From NCBI GenBank assembly GCA_051294375.1, contig CM119267.1, forward strand, positions 12,409,081 to 12,473,080: DNA of 64,000 nt, in the 5' to 3' direction. Numbering within the stretch: position 1 is the first letter of the stretch; every line of letters starts with the position of its first letter. This document shows, piece after piece, positions 24,801-37,300 of the stretch. Below the pieces are notes generated by a model. That model saw only the letters and a list, made by a program, of their open reading frames with translations. It did not search any database and was not told where the DNA came from. Origin of the DNA: Paraspadella gotoi. Taxonomy: Eukaryota > Animalia > Chaetognatha. The translations under genes and the position numbers were made by a program.

Positions 24801-27195
24801 GGGTAGGGAAAGTGTGTGATTGACCTGGATATGAAGTTTTCGATGGAATCGTTTGAGGGAAAATGAGTTTAAATGAAAAAAACAAGAACCTGTTTAACTA
24901 ATTGATTATCATTATGCTTCTTTTTATTTTTAAATGTCAATGCAAGATGTATTAATTATCAAACAATTAATCAGTTAATTAATCAGTTAGTCAATTAATT
25001 AATAAAAAATTAATTAATCAGTCAATTAATCAATCAAACAAACATTTCAGATAAATTGCTAATTATTAAATAATTAACTTGAATAAATTAATTATTAATT
25101 AATTAAATAATTAATTAACTTGAATTAATTAATTAATTAATTACCGTATATGATCGTGGGCAGATCCGACATTGTTTGCTCAAACTTGTTTTTACAGGTT
25201 CTTCAATCTGGACTGATACGAAAAACTTAAAATATATCAAAACGAAGAGCATTCAGGTTATAAAATTTTTTTCGTACTAATAGAAAAATACTTGACATTA
25301 TAGCTAGGATAGTTGGTATGTTGTAAACATTTTTTTCAGAGGGTAAAATACATGAAGAATAATTACAAAGACGACTTTGTTGATAAATATAGTTATCATA
25401 GTAAATAAGTAGGTTTTACTTGAAAATTTTTTTAAATAACAAATCACCAAACTGAATTTTTATCACCAAAAATTTTATTTTCATATCAGCATAACTATAC
25501 AATCAGCGTTATTACTGATTAAATTGTTAAAAACTGTTAAAATTTGACAAAAAAAAAAGGAAGAAAGTGACTCCGCGCTTGAAAGCCCGTAATTATACTA
25601 TTAGGAAATTTGAACATTTTTTAGGTCAATGTAAACGTCAAGTAGTTTTCTAACTAATAAATGTTATAAAAATAATATGCAGTAAAAGAATTACGAGTTT
25701 AATCAAATCTTTTTGTATCAGTCAAGATTAAAGACCTTGTCAGATTAAGGCGTAGTTGCAGTTGCAGATCAAAATTCAAATAGTATTTCATGAAGAGTCT
25801 TGACTAAAGAATATTGAATATATAAAATTTTTTTTTTAAATCTCAATTTTTGCATACGCCCATATTTATAGATAGTACTTACCATAAAAAATGTAAAAAA
25901 ATTTAATATTATGGTGGACTAAAATCCACAGCCGTTCATCAGCGAGCCATTGGTGCCAGAGGCAAAGTCATTCACCTCCCAGCCCAAAGGTCCGGGGTTC
26001 TAGCCCGGTGGCTGCCTAGCAGTTAACAGGACGGGCGCTTAACTCACCTGTAACGTGGTGTTACAGCCTGATCCGAAACTCAGGACTGCTTGACTGCTTA
26101 TATGAACGGTTCTGTCACTAATACATAACATTATTACGTCTCTTCAAAACTATAAATAAATATTTCTAAATATTTTTAACTGTTATGTCTTAGATGAGAT
26201 TAAACAATAAGTTTTTCAAGGGCATTTTCTTCCAAAGCCGCGCGAGAAAACCGAGTAGTCGCCTCGTGCATCAAAAAAAGCATATATCAAAGAATTTCAA
26301 AAACAATCTAATATATCGTCTAAAAGCTAAGAGAGACGAAGGCACGGAGAAGCCGATCGGCCGCCGCGCGGCTGCTCCCGGACGCTGCTCTGATACGAGG
26401 GCTTCTGAGTATAGCCATGTCATACACGCATTTGTTTGTTTTATTTACATGAATGATTCATCGCGTCAATGAATGACTATCATCGCATCAATGAATAACT
26501 ATCATCGCATAAATCATTTGGTTATCATCACATCAATCATTTGGTTATCATCGCATCAATTATGGTTATTCATCGCATCAATATTGGTCATCATCGCATC
26601 AATAATCCTCGATCCTTATGCTTTTACATATCTACCTTATCTAATTAATCCAACTCATTCAACTTCGTCAAACTCGCAGAAATTCCGGCACGCCCCTCTG
26701 TAAAGGAATCGAAGGGATCGAATCTTCAGAATGTTGACCATCGGCGCCGGATCGATTGTAGGCATCGTCGTGCGTCGTCATCGCTCTCGTCGTCGTCTAC
26801 GTCGCAAAGGTGTGTGAAACAAGCGACGAGAGAGAAAACGAACAAGAAAACGATGATAAAATAAGCAATACATAGCTTATTCGTGACCTAATTGTTAAAA
26901 TTTTTGAGATTTTTCATTCACATAAATACTATTTGCTATCTTTTTATAGTAATCTCAAATAAGTAGCTTATTTGAATTTTAGTAAATATACAACATAAAC
27001 GACGACGTTAAGTCTCATTCACAATCTAAATCATATTTACTTTTTATTAAAGGAATACACTTACAAGAATGGCAGCTGCGCAGCTGGCGGCGGCTGAGCG
27101 GCGTTGAAGAAAGCGGCGACCGATACGAATCCGATGTACAAAGATCCCGTGACAAACGTCACCAGAAGAACTCGGAGTAACTGAACAATATATGA
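21875..27195 (+). CDS. vWA-TM-NPxY membrane protein gene, copy A (exons 1-2 clean, exons 3-5 with indels)
   Basis: Exons 21875-22081, 22336-22523, ~23419-23660, ~26630-26809, 27053-~27195. CACCATG start, hydrophobic signal peptide, canonical splice sites except the exon 4 acceptor (probable base error). Confidence 0.7.
23717..25190 (+). mobile_element. HINE/DINE-1-like element in intron 3 of the vWA gene, carrying a nested hAT MITE (also 41355-42866; MITE-less version 28403-29096)
   Basis: Same family termini and internal blocks as 7584-8525. Confidence 0.7.
24181..24798. mobile_element. hAT-type MITE (identical copy at 41819-42436)
   Basis: TIRs TAGGGTGGAG / CTCCACTCTA. Perfect 8-bp TSD GTGGGTAG (24173-24180 and 24799-24806). 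No ORF. Confidence 0.85.
25907..26146 (+). mobile_element. Solo LTR, family 1, in intron 3 of the vWA gene (same insertion also at 29813-30053 and 43592-43833)
   Basis: Full-length match to 3313-3547. Twister core reads TAACTCACC instead of TAACCCGCC in all three copies. Confidence 0.8.
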
Positions 27196-28124
27196 GCGGT
27201 TGGACGTATAGAATGCAACATTTTTATGTCTAATGGTATTTATCTTGGAAAGCAAATAATTTGTTCGTTCTTATTTATAACTGATAGAAAAAACATATTG
27301 ATTTCATACATTTATACTACCTCATTAAACTAATATTGTTAAAAAGCAAAGTCGCCATTATATAGATAGGCAAGTTCCCTGGTCGTTTATCATGTTATTA
27401 TAAATATTTTTGCTTTACTGATAGGAAATGATGTCAATATTGTTTGATGTAACATTTTCATATCAATCAATTGAAAATAAATCTACAAAAAAATGGTCAT
27501 TTTCCACGCCTAATTTTTAAAAACAAATCTGGCGTTCGTTAAATTTTCTATTTGGTTCCACTTAAATATTTAGCCTTCGGCCGAGTGACTTAATTGGTGA
27601 TAAAAATAATCGGTTTTCTTTTGATATGTTTTTGAACAAAAAAGATAGAACAATGGAACTGGTATCATATTGAAAGCCATTAATTATGGGCATCTTTTTC
27701 CAAATAATTTTTCTTCAATTGTTTTTAAAGGATTTTTTTAAAAATCTGAATCGGAATCTTAGTCAAAAGTATAACAACTTTTGAAAAATGTAAATTAAAC
27801 TTTATTTAAAAGGGAAGATATTTATACCGGACTTCTGTTAGTTTGAAACACGTTCCGCCTTAATGCACACTGTAGTGTAGAGGGTGTGAGGGAGCGGTTT
27901 CTTTTTTTTGGGATATTTTTTAATAAAAACAATCAATTAAGCGTTTTTAACTTAATTTGATATGTTTAACATGTTGAATTATAAGATATCCATATAAAAA
28001 TTTATACATAAATGGTTCTTCGAAAAATGTTGTTCGTTCCCTCAATTTATAGAATTTTAATTAAAGTTAAATTTAGAATTTTTACTCCGCTTTAGTGTTC
28101 ATTTGTTTCTCACATCTCGATCAG

Positions 28125-31105
28125 AGCGCCGACGACAGCCGACTACGTCCGCCTGGGCATCGTAATCACCGACCGCTCCGCCGACGACGTCGAACGACTC
28201 CAAGATCTCCTTCGCCGCCGCGACGAAGCCAAGATCATAATGTACGCCGTCGGAGGGGAGCCCGTCGTCGAGTCGCTGAAGAGGATCGCCGACGACGATG
28301 AAAGGACCTTCGTCGTCGACATGGAGGACGTCAAAATCGTCGAGGGAATCAAGGAGGTGAGGAGTGGTTGCAATCGAGGCTGACGTTGTTCTTTTATTTC
28401 TTTGCTTTCAGCAGATCCCGACTCTATAATTCACTTTGTCNNNNNNNNNNNNNNNNNNNNNNNNNGGGTCCGTCGGTCCGCCCCCTCAAGTCACTTGTCG
28501 GGCATTCGACTCCATGATTCATGTCAGCAAACATCCGAGCATTATCAATACAACTTATGCAAAAAAAGTACCGGATGTCGTCGCCGTCTGTCTCCGTCCG
28601 GCTTCATTCCGTTCGTTCGTCCGTCGTCGCGTCCGTCACGTCCACCCACCTTAGCAAAAAAACACTAACTTACTCGTGATTGATGGAGTGGATTGAATAA
28701 AGATGTTTTGGTGACTGGGAAGGAGTGTTCGGGATTGACCGTGGATGTGAAGGTTTCATGTAAATCTCTCTCTTTTGTGAAACAAAGAACCTGTTTAACT
28801 AATTGATTATCATTATGCTTCTTTTTTATTTTAAATGTCAATGCAAGATGTATTAATTAATCAAACAATTAATCAGTTAATTAATCAGTTAGTCAATTAA
28901 TTAATAAAAAATTAATTAATCAGTCAATTAATCAATCAAAACAAACATTTCAGATCAAATTGCCTAATTAATTAAATAATTAACTTGAATAAATTAATTA
29001 TTAATTAATTAAATAATTAATTAACTTGAATTAATTAATTAATTAATTACCGATAATGATCGTGGGCAGATCCGACATTGTTTGCTCAAACTTGTTTTTA
29101 CAGGTTCTTCAATCTGGACTGATACGAAAAAACTTAAAATATATTCAAAACGAAGAGCATTCAGGTTATAAAATTTTTTCGTACTAATAGAAAAATACTT
29201 GACATTATAGCTAGGATAGTTGGTATGTTGTAAACATTTTTTTCAGAGGGTAAATACATGAAGAATAATTACAAAGACGACTTGTTGATAAATAATAGTT
29301 ATCATAGTAAATAAGTAGGTTTTACTTGAAAATTTTTTTATAATAACAAATCACCAAACTGAATTTTTATCACCAAAAATTTTTATTTTCATATCAGCAT
29401 AACTATACAATCAGCGTTATTACTTGTTAAATTGTTAAAAACTGTTTAAAATTTGACAAAAAAAAAAGGAAGAAAAGTGACTCCGCGCTTGAAAGCCCTG
29501 TAATTATACTATTAGGAAATTTGAACATTTTTTAGGTCAATGTAAACGTCAAGTAGTTTTCTAACTAATAAATGTTATAAAAATAATATGCAGTAAAAGA
29601 ATTACGAGTTTAATCAAATCTTTTTGTATCAGTCAAGATTAAAGACCTTGTAGATTAAGGCGTAGTTGCAGTTGCAGATCAAAATTCAAATAGTATTTCA
29701 TGAAGAGTCTTGACTAAAGAATATTGAATATATAAATTTTTTTTTAAATCTCAATTTTTGCATACGCCCATATTTATAGATAGTACTTACCATAAAAATG
29801 TAAAAAATTTAATATTATGGTGGACTAAAATCCACAGCCGTTCATCAGCGGCCATTGGTGCCAGAGGCAAAGTCATTCAGCCTCCCAGCCAAAGGTCCGG
29901 GGTTCTAGCCCGGTGGCTGCCTAGCAGTTAACAGGACGGGCGCTTAACTCACCTGTAACGTGGTGTTACAGCCTGATCCGAAACTCAGGGACTGCTTGAC
30001 GCTTATATTGAACGGTTCTGTCACTAATACATAACATTATTACTGTCTCTTCAAAACTATAAATAAATATTTCTAAATATTTTTAACTGTTATGTCTTAG
30101 ATGAGATTAAAACAATAAGTTTTTCAAGCATTTTCTTCCAAAGCCGCGCGGAGAAAACCGAGTAGTCGCCTCGTGCATCAAAAAAAAGCATATTATCAAA
30201 GAATTTCAAAAACAATCAATATATCGTCTAAAAGCTAGAGAGACGAAGGCACGGAGAAGCCGATCGGCCGCGCGCGGCTGCTCCCGGACGCCTAACGAGG
30301 CTTCTGAGTATAGCCATGTCATACACGCATTTGTTTGTTTTATTTACATGAATGATTCATCGCGTCAATGAATGACTATCATCGCATCAATGAATAACTA
30401 TCATCGCATAAATCATTTGGTTATCATCACATCAATCATTTGGTTATCATCGCATCAATTATGGTTATTCATCGCATCCAATATTAGGTCATCATCGCAT
30501 CAATAATCCTCGATCCTTATGCTTTTACAATCTACCTTAATCTAATTAATCCCAACTCATTCAACTTCGTCAAACTCGCAGAAATTCCGGCACGCCCCTC
30601 TGTAAAGGAATCGAAGGAGAATCGAATCTTCAGAATGTTGACCATCGGCGCCGGATCGATTGTAGGCATCGTCGTGGCGTCGTCATCGCTCTCGTCGTCG
30701 TCTACGTCGCAAAGGTGTGTGAGAACAAGCGACGAGAGAGAAAACGGAACAGAGAAAACGGATGATAAAAATAAGCAATACATAGCTTATTCGTGACCTA
30801 ATTGTTAAAATTTGAGGATTTTTCATTCACATAAATACTATTTGCTATCTTTTATAGTAATCTCAAATAAGTAGCTTATTTGAATTTTAGTAAATATACA
30901 AAATGAACGACGACGTTAAGTCTCATTCACAATCTAAATCATATTTTACTTTTTATTAAAGGAATACACTTACAAGAAATGGCAGCTGCGGCAGTGGCGG
31001 CGGCTGAGCGGCGTTGAAGAAAGCGGCGACGATACGAATCCGATGTACAAAGATCCGTGACAAAACGTCACCAGAAGAACTCGGAGTAACATGAACAATA
31101 TATGA
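28125..31105 (+). CDS. vWA-TM-NPxY membrane protein gene, partial copy B (exons 3-5)
   Basis: Exon 3 28125-28356 is fully open (..APTTADYVRLGIVITDRSADDVERLQDLLRRRDEAKIIMYAVGGEPVVESLKRIADDDERTFVVDMEDVKIVEGIKE). Exons 4-5 at ~30530-30714 and ~30962-31105 have indels. Confidence 0.6.
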
Positions 31106-31712
31106 GCGGTTGGACGTATAGAATGCAACATTTTTATGTCTAATGGTATTTATCTTGGAAAGCAAATAATTTGTTCGTTTTATTTATAACTGATAGAAAA
31201 AACAATTGATTTCAATACATTTATACTCCTCATTAAACTAATATTGTTAAAAAGCAAAGTCGCCATTATATAGATAGGCAAGTTCCCTGGTCGTTTATCA
31301 TGTTATTATAAATATTTTTGCTTTACTGATAGGAAATGATGTCAATATTGTTGATGTAACATTTTCATATCAATCAATTGAAAAAAATCTACAAAAAATG
31401 GTCATTTTCCACGCCTAATTTTTAAAAACAAATCTCGCGTTTCGTTAAATTTTCTATTTGGTTCCACTTAAATATTTAGCTTCGGCTCGAGTGACTTAAT
31501 TGGTGATAAAAATAATCGGTTTTCTTTTGATATGTTTTGAACAAAAAGATAGAACAATGGAGACTGGTATCATATTGAAAGCCATAATTATGGGCATCTT
31601 TTCCAAATAATTTTTCTTCAATGTTTTTAAAGGATTTTTTTTAAAATCTGATCGGAATCTTAGTCAAAAGTATAACAACTTTGAATGTAAATTAACTTTA
31701 TTTAAAAGAAAT

Positions 31713-32290
31713 ATTCGCCTCCCAACCCAAAGGTCCGGGGTTCTAGCCCGGTGGCTGCCTAGCAGTTAAGAGGGACGGGGCGCTTAACCCGCCTGTAACA
31801 TGGTGTTACAGCCTGGTCCGAAGTGCTGGTACTGCTTATATGAATGGTTTTGTCATTAACACATATCAATAATAACTGTCTCTTCATTCCAAACACAACA
31901 GCAACAACAACACTTTCAGGCGACATGCCTCAACCTGGCGATGCACTCTCCGCCCAACAACACATAAGGCGACATGCCTCAACTTTGGTGACGAACTCTC
32001 CACCAACAACAATTCACTGAAGAGACGCAAAGACTTCTCCTACGGGAGGGGGGGATGTATGGGTGGACTAAAATCCACTAACCGTTCATCAGCAGCCATT
32101 GGTGCCGGAGGCAAGTCATTCGCCTCCCAACCCAAAAGTCCGGGGTTCTAGCCCGGTGGCTGCCTAGCAGTTAAGAGGGGGGCTCTTAACCCGCCTTGTA
32201 ACATGGTGTTACAGCCTGATCCGAAGCTCAGGGACTGCTTATATTGAATGGTTCTGTCATTAACACATATCAATAATTACTGTCTCTTCA
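31713..32290 (+). mobile_element. TRIM-like element, family 1: partial 5' LTR, internal region, PPT, full 3' LTR
   Basis: LTR ends at 31886 and 32290 (CTCTTCA). Same internal region as 11868-12006 but PBS deleted. PPT GGGAGGGGGGGA at 32044-32055 directly precedes the TG-start LTR at 32056. Confidence 0.8.
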
Positions 32291-33817
32291 AAATAAATAT
32301 AGATTCTGAAAGAGAAAAGATTGAATTATGTTTCTGATATAAACAAAATTTTCTTACTTCAAATGTTTATATAATTACTAAGGATAATGAATTATCATTT
32401 TGTTGAAAATTAAAACCTTTGCATAATGCCCCATTAGCTATAATAATATAGACAATTTTTTATCAAAATAGCACTACAATCTTTAATAACACGCTAATGG
32501 TTTTTTGTTCTTAATTATAATACAAGGCTTTTATCAATAAATAAAGAAAATGAGTTATTTCAAGGCTCCATATTGATACTATGATATCAATGAATTTTCT
32601 TTGTTCCGGAAATGAAATGTACCTAAGACATTGTAGTTTATTAGCTAATACTTTATTTTTATAATTTAAAGGGCATGTTTGGCAAAAAACAGTAAGAAAC
32701 AAAAATGACAACAAATTTTGAGAAAAAAATTTGAATTAATTGCTATTATTTTCTTACTATGACGTCAATTTTTTTTTTCGTTATGTGGTTGAAAGTTAGG
32801 CTTAACCCCAACAGAATCGGAATCAGTGCATGAATCGCTGTATATTTATTTGACTTATACAGTAAATACCGCAAAATAAAAATAATTTAAAAAGGATTCA
32901 GACTAAGCGCGCGTGTTTGTTTTCAGTATTTTTTTAGTCAAGACCTTTATGGATTTCTTTGTTCCGGCGGCGTTGGATAGCTCAAACACTTCAGTTTCAG
33001 AAATCATCCATGGTTTTGTAATATTTACTGCGCTACTGGTCCAAAAAATTGCTTAGAAACCGAAATTATCAGAAACCGCTTCATTCTTTCGATTTTTTTT
33101 CTAAGCGCGGAGCGACCATATGCTACATTATATGTAGTTTCGACTTTCAAGCTAAGCACCGGGCGACAAGTTTTTCACGTATAATGTTTACGTGAAACAA
33201 AACTTCATGGCAGTTTAGATTCTCGCGCGAATTCAGCGTTTTCAATCTTTTTTCCGTTATTTTATTTTGGTAGCTATATGATTCCCTTAAAGAGGCTGGT
33301 TTTACAGGGCGCCACACCCGCAGCGGTGTCACTTCGTTGGCGACAGCGAGACAGCATGTTCATGTAGTCCAGAGCTTTGGATCTGGCAGTAGGCCCATGC
33401 CTACAGGCGGGTTACCCGGTCCATCCACTTTCTACATGACAACCTCAGGGCTCGAACCAGGGACGCACATTGGGATGGTGCATTAGTCCACTGAGCCACT
33501 GAGGCGCTGCGAAAAGAAACAGCTTTAATCGATCTGTGGTGATAGGACCACCAGACAGCCGCCCCCAGGACTCTCGCATATGAGAGTACGAAGCAAGGGG
33601 ATGAAGCGCATGTCTCTCCGCTGAACCTCTCTTTATTCTGGTGGCCTTGCTTTGAGTGGCAGCTGTGTAGCTCAAACCACATCAAGGGCAGAGGAGTATT
33701 ATCATGCCCGGTTGGTTGTGTGTTCGGATCACGTCGGGCTCACATTAAAGAGGCTGGTTTTACAGGGTGCCACACCCGCAGCGGTGTCACCTCGTGGCGA
33801 CAGCGAGACAGCATGTT

Positions 33818-33896
33818 CATGTAGTCCAGAGCTTTGGATCTGGCAGTAGGCCCATGCCTACAGGCGGGTTACCCGGTCCATCCCACTTTCTACATG
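33818..33896 (-). ncRNA. Twister ribozyme, type P5, family 2 5' LTR (second copy 33361-33438)
   Basis: Minus strand CATGTAG-aaa-GTGG-GA-TGGA-ccggg-U^AA-CCC-GCC-[tGTAGGC atgg GCCTACt]-G-CCAGA-TCCAAAGC-TCTGG-a-CTACATG. Matches the twister consensus (UAA, GCC, L4 UCCNAAGC, catalytic GA followed by the T1 strand). Predicted cut 33871/33870. Confidence 0.82.
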
Positions 33897-33900
33897 ACAA

Positions 33901-33965
33901 CCTCAGGGCTCGAACCAGGGACGCACATTGGGATGGTGCATTAGTCCACTGAGCCACTGAGGCGC
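33901..33965 (-). promoter_or_regulatory. tRNA-derived Pol III type-2 promoter inside family 2 LTR
   Basis: A box TGGCTCAGTGG (33946-33956) and B box GGTTCGAGCCC (33906-33916), closed by a CCTCAG/CTGAGG stem. Confidence 0.8.
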
Positions 33966-34300
33966 TGCGAAAGAAACAGCTTTAATCGATCTGTGGTGAT
34001 AGGACCACCAGACCTGTTTATTAACATTTAAAACATTTACTTTTAACTTTTACTTATACATCTAACTATTTCTTTCCACCACAGACAATTTTTTAAAAAA
34101 TATAACAAAGTATTTTAAATTATTACAACGATTTTATATTAAGAGTACGGACATGTTTGCGGCTTGTTGTTCAAGCCTTCATCAGCATTGTCTAAAAATG
34201 TCTTAAACAATATAACAAAATTTACAATTGATTTTTAACTATACCAGTAAAAGGTAATAAAGTAATTTTATTAAAGGTTTTTTGTCAAACATTTTGTCTT

Positions 34301-37300
34301 CTACTTCCCATAGTTGCTCATCTCTGGCTTCAAGCCATTGATCATGGAAAAAGAAAGAACGAATGAAACCTGTTTCATTGCATTATCTAGATTCCAGCTG
34401 TAATGAAATTTGTTTTCCTTTTTGTTTGAAGGAAAGATAAACATCCAAAGGCTTTGCGAAGAGTTTTGTTCTCAATTCTTCAAGTGAAATCCAACCAGAA
34501 TAGTACGATAGAGATTAGGACTTTTTATCCGAGCCGTAGATCGACTGATTGTGAGATTTAATTATCGGTTCTCCCTTATAAGATGCGTTCTAGTCTTTTT
34601 ATGCCTCCTCTTTGGGCCAGCCATTCTCGTAATTGTTGCATGTTTATGAAAGTGTTGATGGTCTTTGATTGCTGCCGTTCTCATCTTTTAAATTCCTTCA
34701 TTAGTTGTTCTGATTTTTAGAACATGTCTAGTCGCTTTCTCTTTTTGCAGATCCAACTCCGACCAAAAATCTAAGAATTGCCGTGTAAATACATTACAAT
34801 TGGCAACTCTGTAAGATTTGTAAGATTCTCTGCTAATACATTTAACACTCGTTTAACATATATTCTTCTCGAAAACCGGCCAATCTGATACCGGTTAGCC
34901 ATTCTTTTAGCATCATTTTCAAAACCATCTATCTTGAGACACATTCACCAGAAACTGTTTCAGTGCTTCCTCTAATATTCTTTTCTAGCTAACTTGACAG
35001 ACATTTTTAAGTCTTCTCCTATGAACGTTCTGAGACTCCCAAAAGTGTTCACTATAACTTGGTTTGACTGCCAATCTATTCATGTAGTTTATTTTAATTG
35101 CTGCAACTTTCATTCGCCTTGAAAATATTGTATCCTTCTTCAATAACAGACGACGATATCCATCTTGACTAAAAAGTGTCTTGTACTGCAAAATTTAGCA
35201 TCCTTTAATTTCTTTGATTCAGCATAACGATTGAATCTTCAATGCAATGTGCCGCTGTCATGATCAGCCCATCTATATAATTCAAAGGATTCATTCACTA
35301 TTTTCTGCAGCTTCTTTTTCCCACAACTTACTTTCTTCTCTTAGCGAGCGAGCACTCTTTCAGATTAAAAAAAATTTTGACATTGATTTCACAAACTTCA
35401 GTCGAATATGACTTCAGAGAGGATATTATGTTTGAAATAGGTTCAATTCCGGTTTTGTGATTTTTCCCTACTTACTTAAATATTTGCATCCCTCTTTTAA
35501 CTATACTATAAATGATTCATAGATGAATCTTAATTTGTATTCAGATTCTTAGAAAGTCTCTTCATAAGGACTGAGCAGTCCATCATAGCATACATATGGT
35601 TATACTATCCTTGTGTTGGGAAATGGGGATTTTCCTTGAACCTACTTCCAGTACTCCCATTCGGAAAGTGATCTTTTTCTTTTTTTATCATAATCATCAT
35701 ATTGATTGTATTTACGAGGCCTGAACTGCTTTGGTAAAACTTTGCCTCTGCCTTTTTCAAAAACATTTTTGCTGATAGATAGTAAAACCTACCTAAATGC
35801 GCATGAGTGTGAGGATCAAAATGTTAAATTTTATACTAAAGATTTTGAAAAACATTTAGCCTTTTTTTAATGGTGTCCTTTTTCCGTTGTTCCCTCAATG
35901 CACATAATAACTTTTTGTGTACCTTAGGTGTTTCATCTTTGGTTTTCGGAAGAATTAACTACTCCCTCTCTCGAGAAAAATATTTGACACATTTACGTTT
36001 ATCAGATGTTCATGAACAAAATCGTTATCTTCAATAACAAACTGAATAAAATCTTTGTTTCATAAAACATCTAAGTTTGGATATTTAATTTCATTCATGT
36101 TTTCCCAATTGTTGTTGTTTCTCTCAGACTATTGCTTATTTCCGTTACAAACTATATGTAGAATTTCTCTGAAAAGAGGTAATGGAATCATTTTGATTTT
36201 TCTTCTCACTCGATGCTGTTGTTTGAAGGTTTAACAAGGTGCTGAATGTAATGGTTCTATCTTTTCATCAGTAAGCATATTTCCCTCCGGTTCTTCCATT
36301 ACTTTATAAAATTTTTGCAAGTCAATTGTCTCTGCATCCACTATTACCAAAAACATCTACTATAGCCAAATTATTTGCAAATTGTTCTATGCTTTTTGTC
36401 CAAATCATTGAACATGTTATGGCACATTAGGATTTTAGCCCTTTAAATTTCATGTACAAATGCCCTTAAACTAAAATTCAATTAACATTAAAGAACTCAT
36501 TTGACAATTTTTTTAATTCCTTATTTCTTTCTGGAACTACATTTATTAGTTTGTTAATCATCTGTTCAGGTTCTGATCGTTCTAACTTTCCCGATTTAAT
36601 CTCAAAACAAACTTTCTTTCCCAATCTTTAAAAGGTTTATGGTTTTTAGTTAATTTGATTAATTTCTTTGGTAATTAAAAAAGCAACTATAAGGCTTGAT
36701 GATTTTTGAAAAGATGTGACATAGAATATTTTTTCTGGCTCATCTATAAGTAGAGAACTGGAAAGTCAGTTTTATTATGATAGTAAAGTTATTTTTTTAG
36801 ACACGAGTTCAGCCAAACTCTGAATGAGACTTTTCAAACTGATTAGACTTAACTTGAGCACATGGATATCTCTTACTGTTGCTCCAAAAGAAGTTGCATT
36901 GCTAAGGTCGCTGCAGCCCCCACCTGGACTATGAAGGCGATTTTCAAAGTACCAGATTCTGCCTCGAATGAGATTTAACAATTCACTTTCGATTTCCAAG
37001 AACCATTCTCTTTGGATCGCAAATGCATCGCCACTATTTTTGCCATGTTGTCCCAACTAATACCACCTCCTTTAAGAATCAGTTCAATCTGATTCTTTCT
37101 GATAACTAAGAATCTCCTTCTTGATGCTTTTGAGGTCACAGGCACGTCTAAGAGTTTCCTCAACCCATAGTGCGTCTTCTTTGTTAACATTGGATTGTTA
37201 CATTTTGATTTGTTCTCTCATGGGAGCCAAATACCAGTTAAAGGGCTCATTCTGAGCAGCCGTTTCTTTTGATATTGTAATACTTGACTAAGGCCTAACT

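Larger units (their letters stand above)
33288..34013 (-). mobile_element. Complete TRIM-like LTR retroelement, family 2 (tRNA-derived promoter plus twister ribozyme in each LTR)
   Basis: Direct repeats 33288-33557 and 33746-34013 (period 458). PBS TG(G)TGAGCCCGACGTGAT immediately after the 5' LTR (33719-33744). G-rich PPT-like tract TGGGGGCGGC before the 3' LTR, which starts TGTCTGG. Absent from the homologous site at ~46880 (gattCCCTgttt); CCCT flanks the left end, while the right junction is degraded. Confidence 0.85.
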
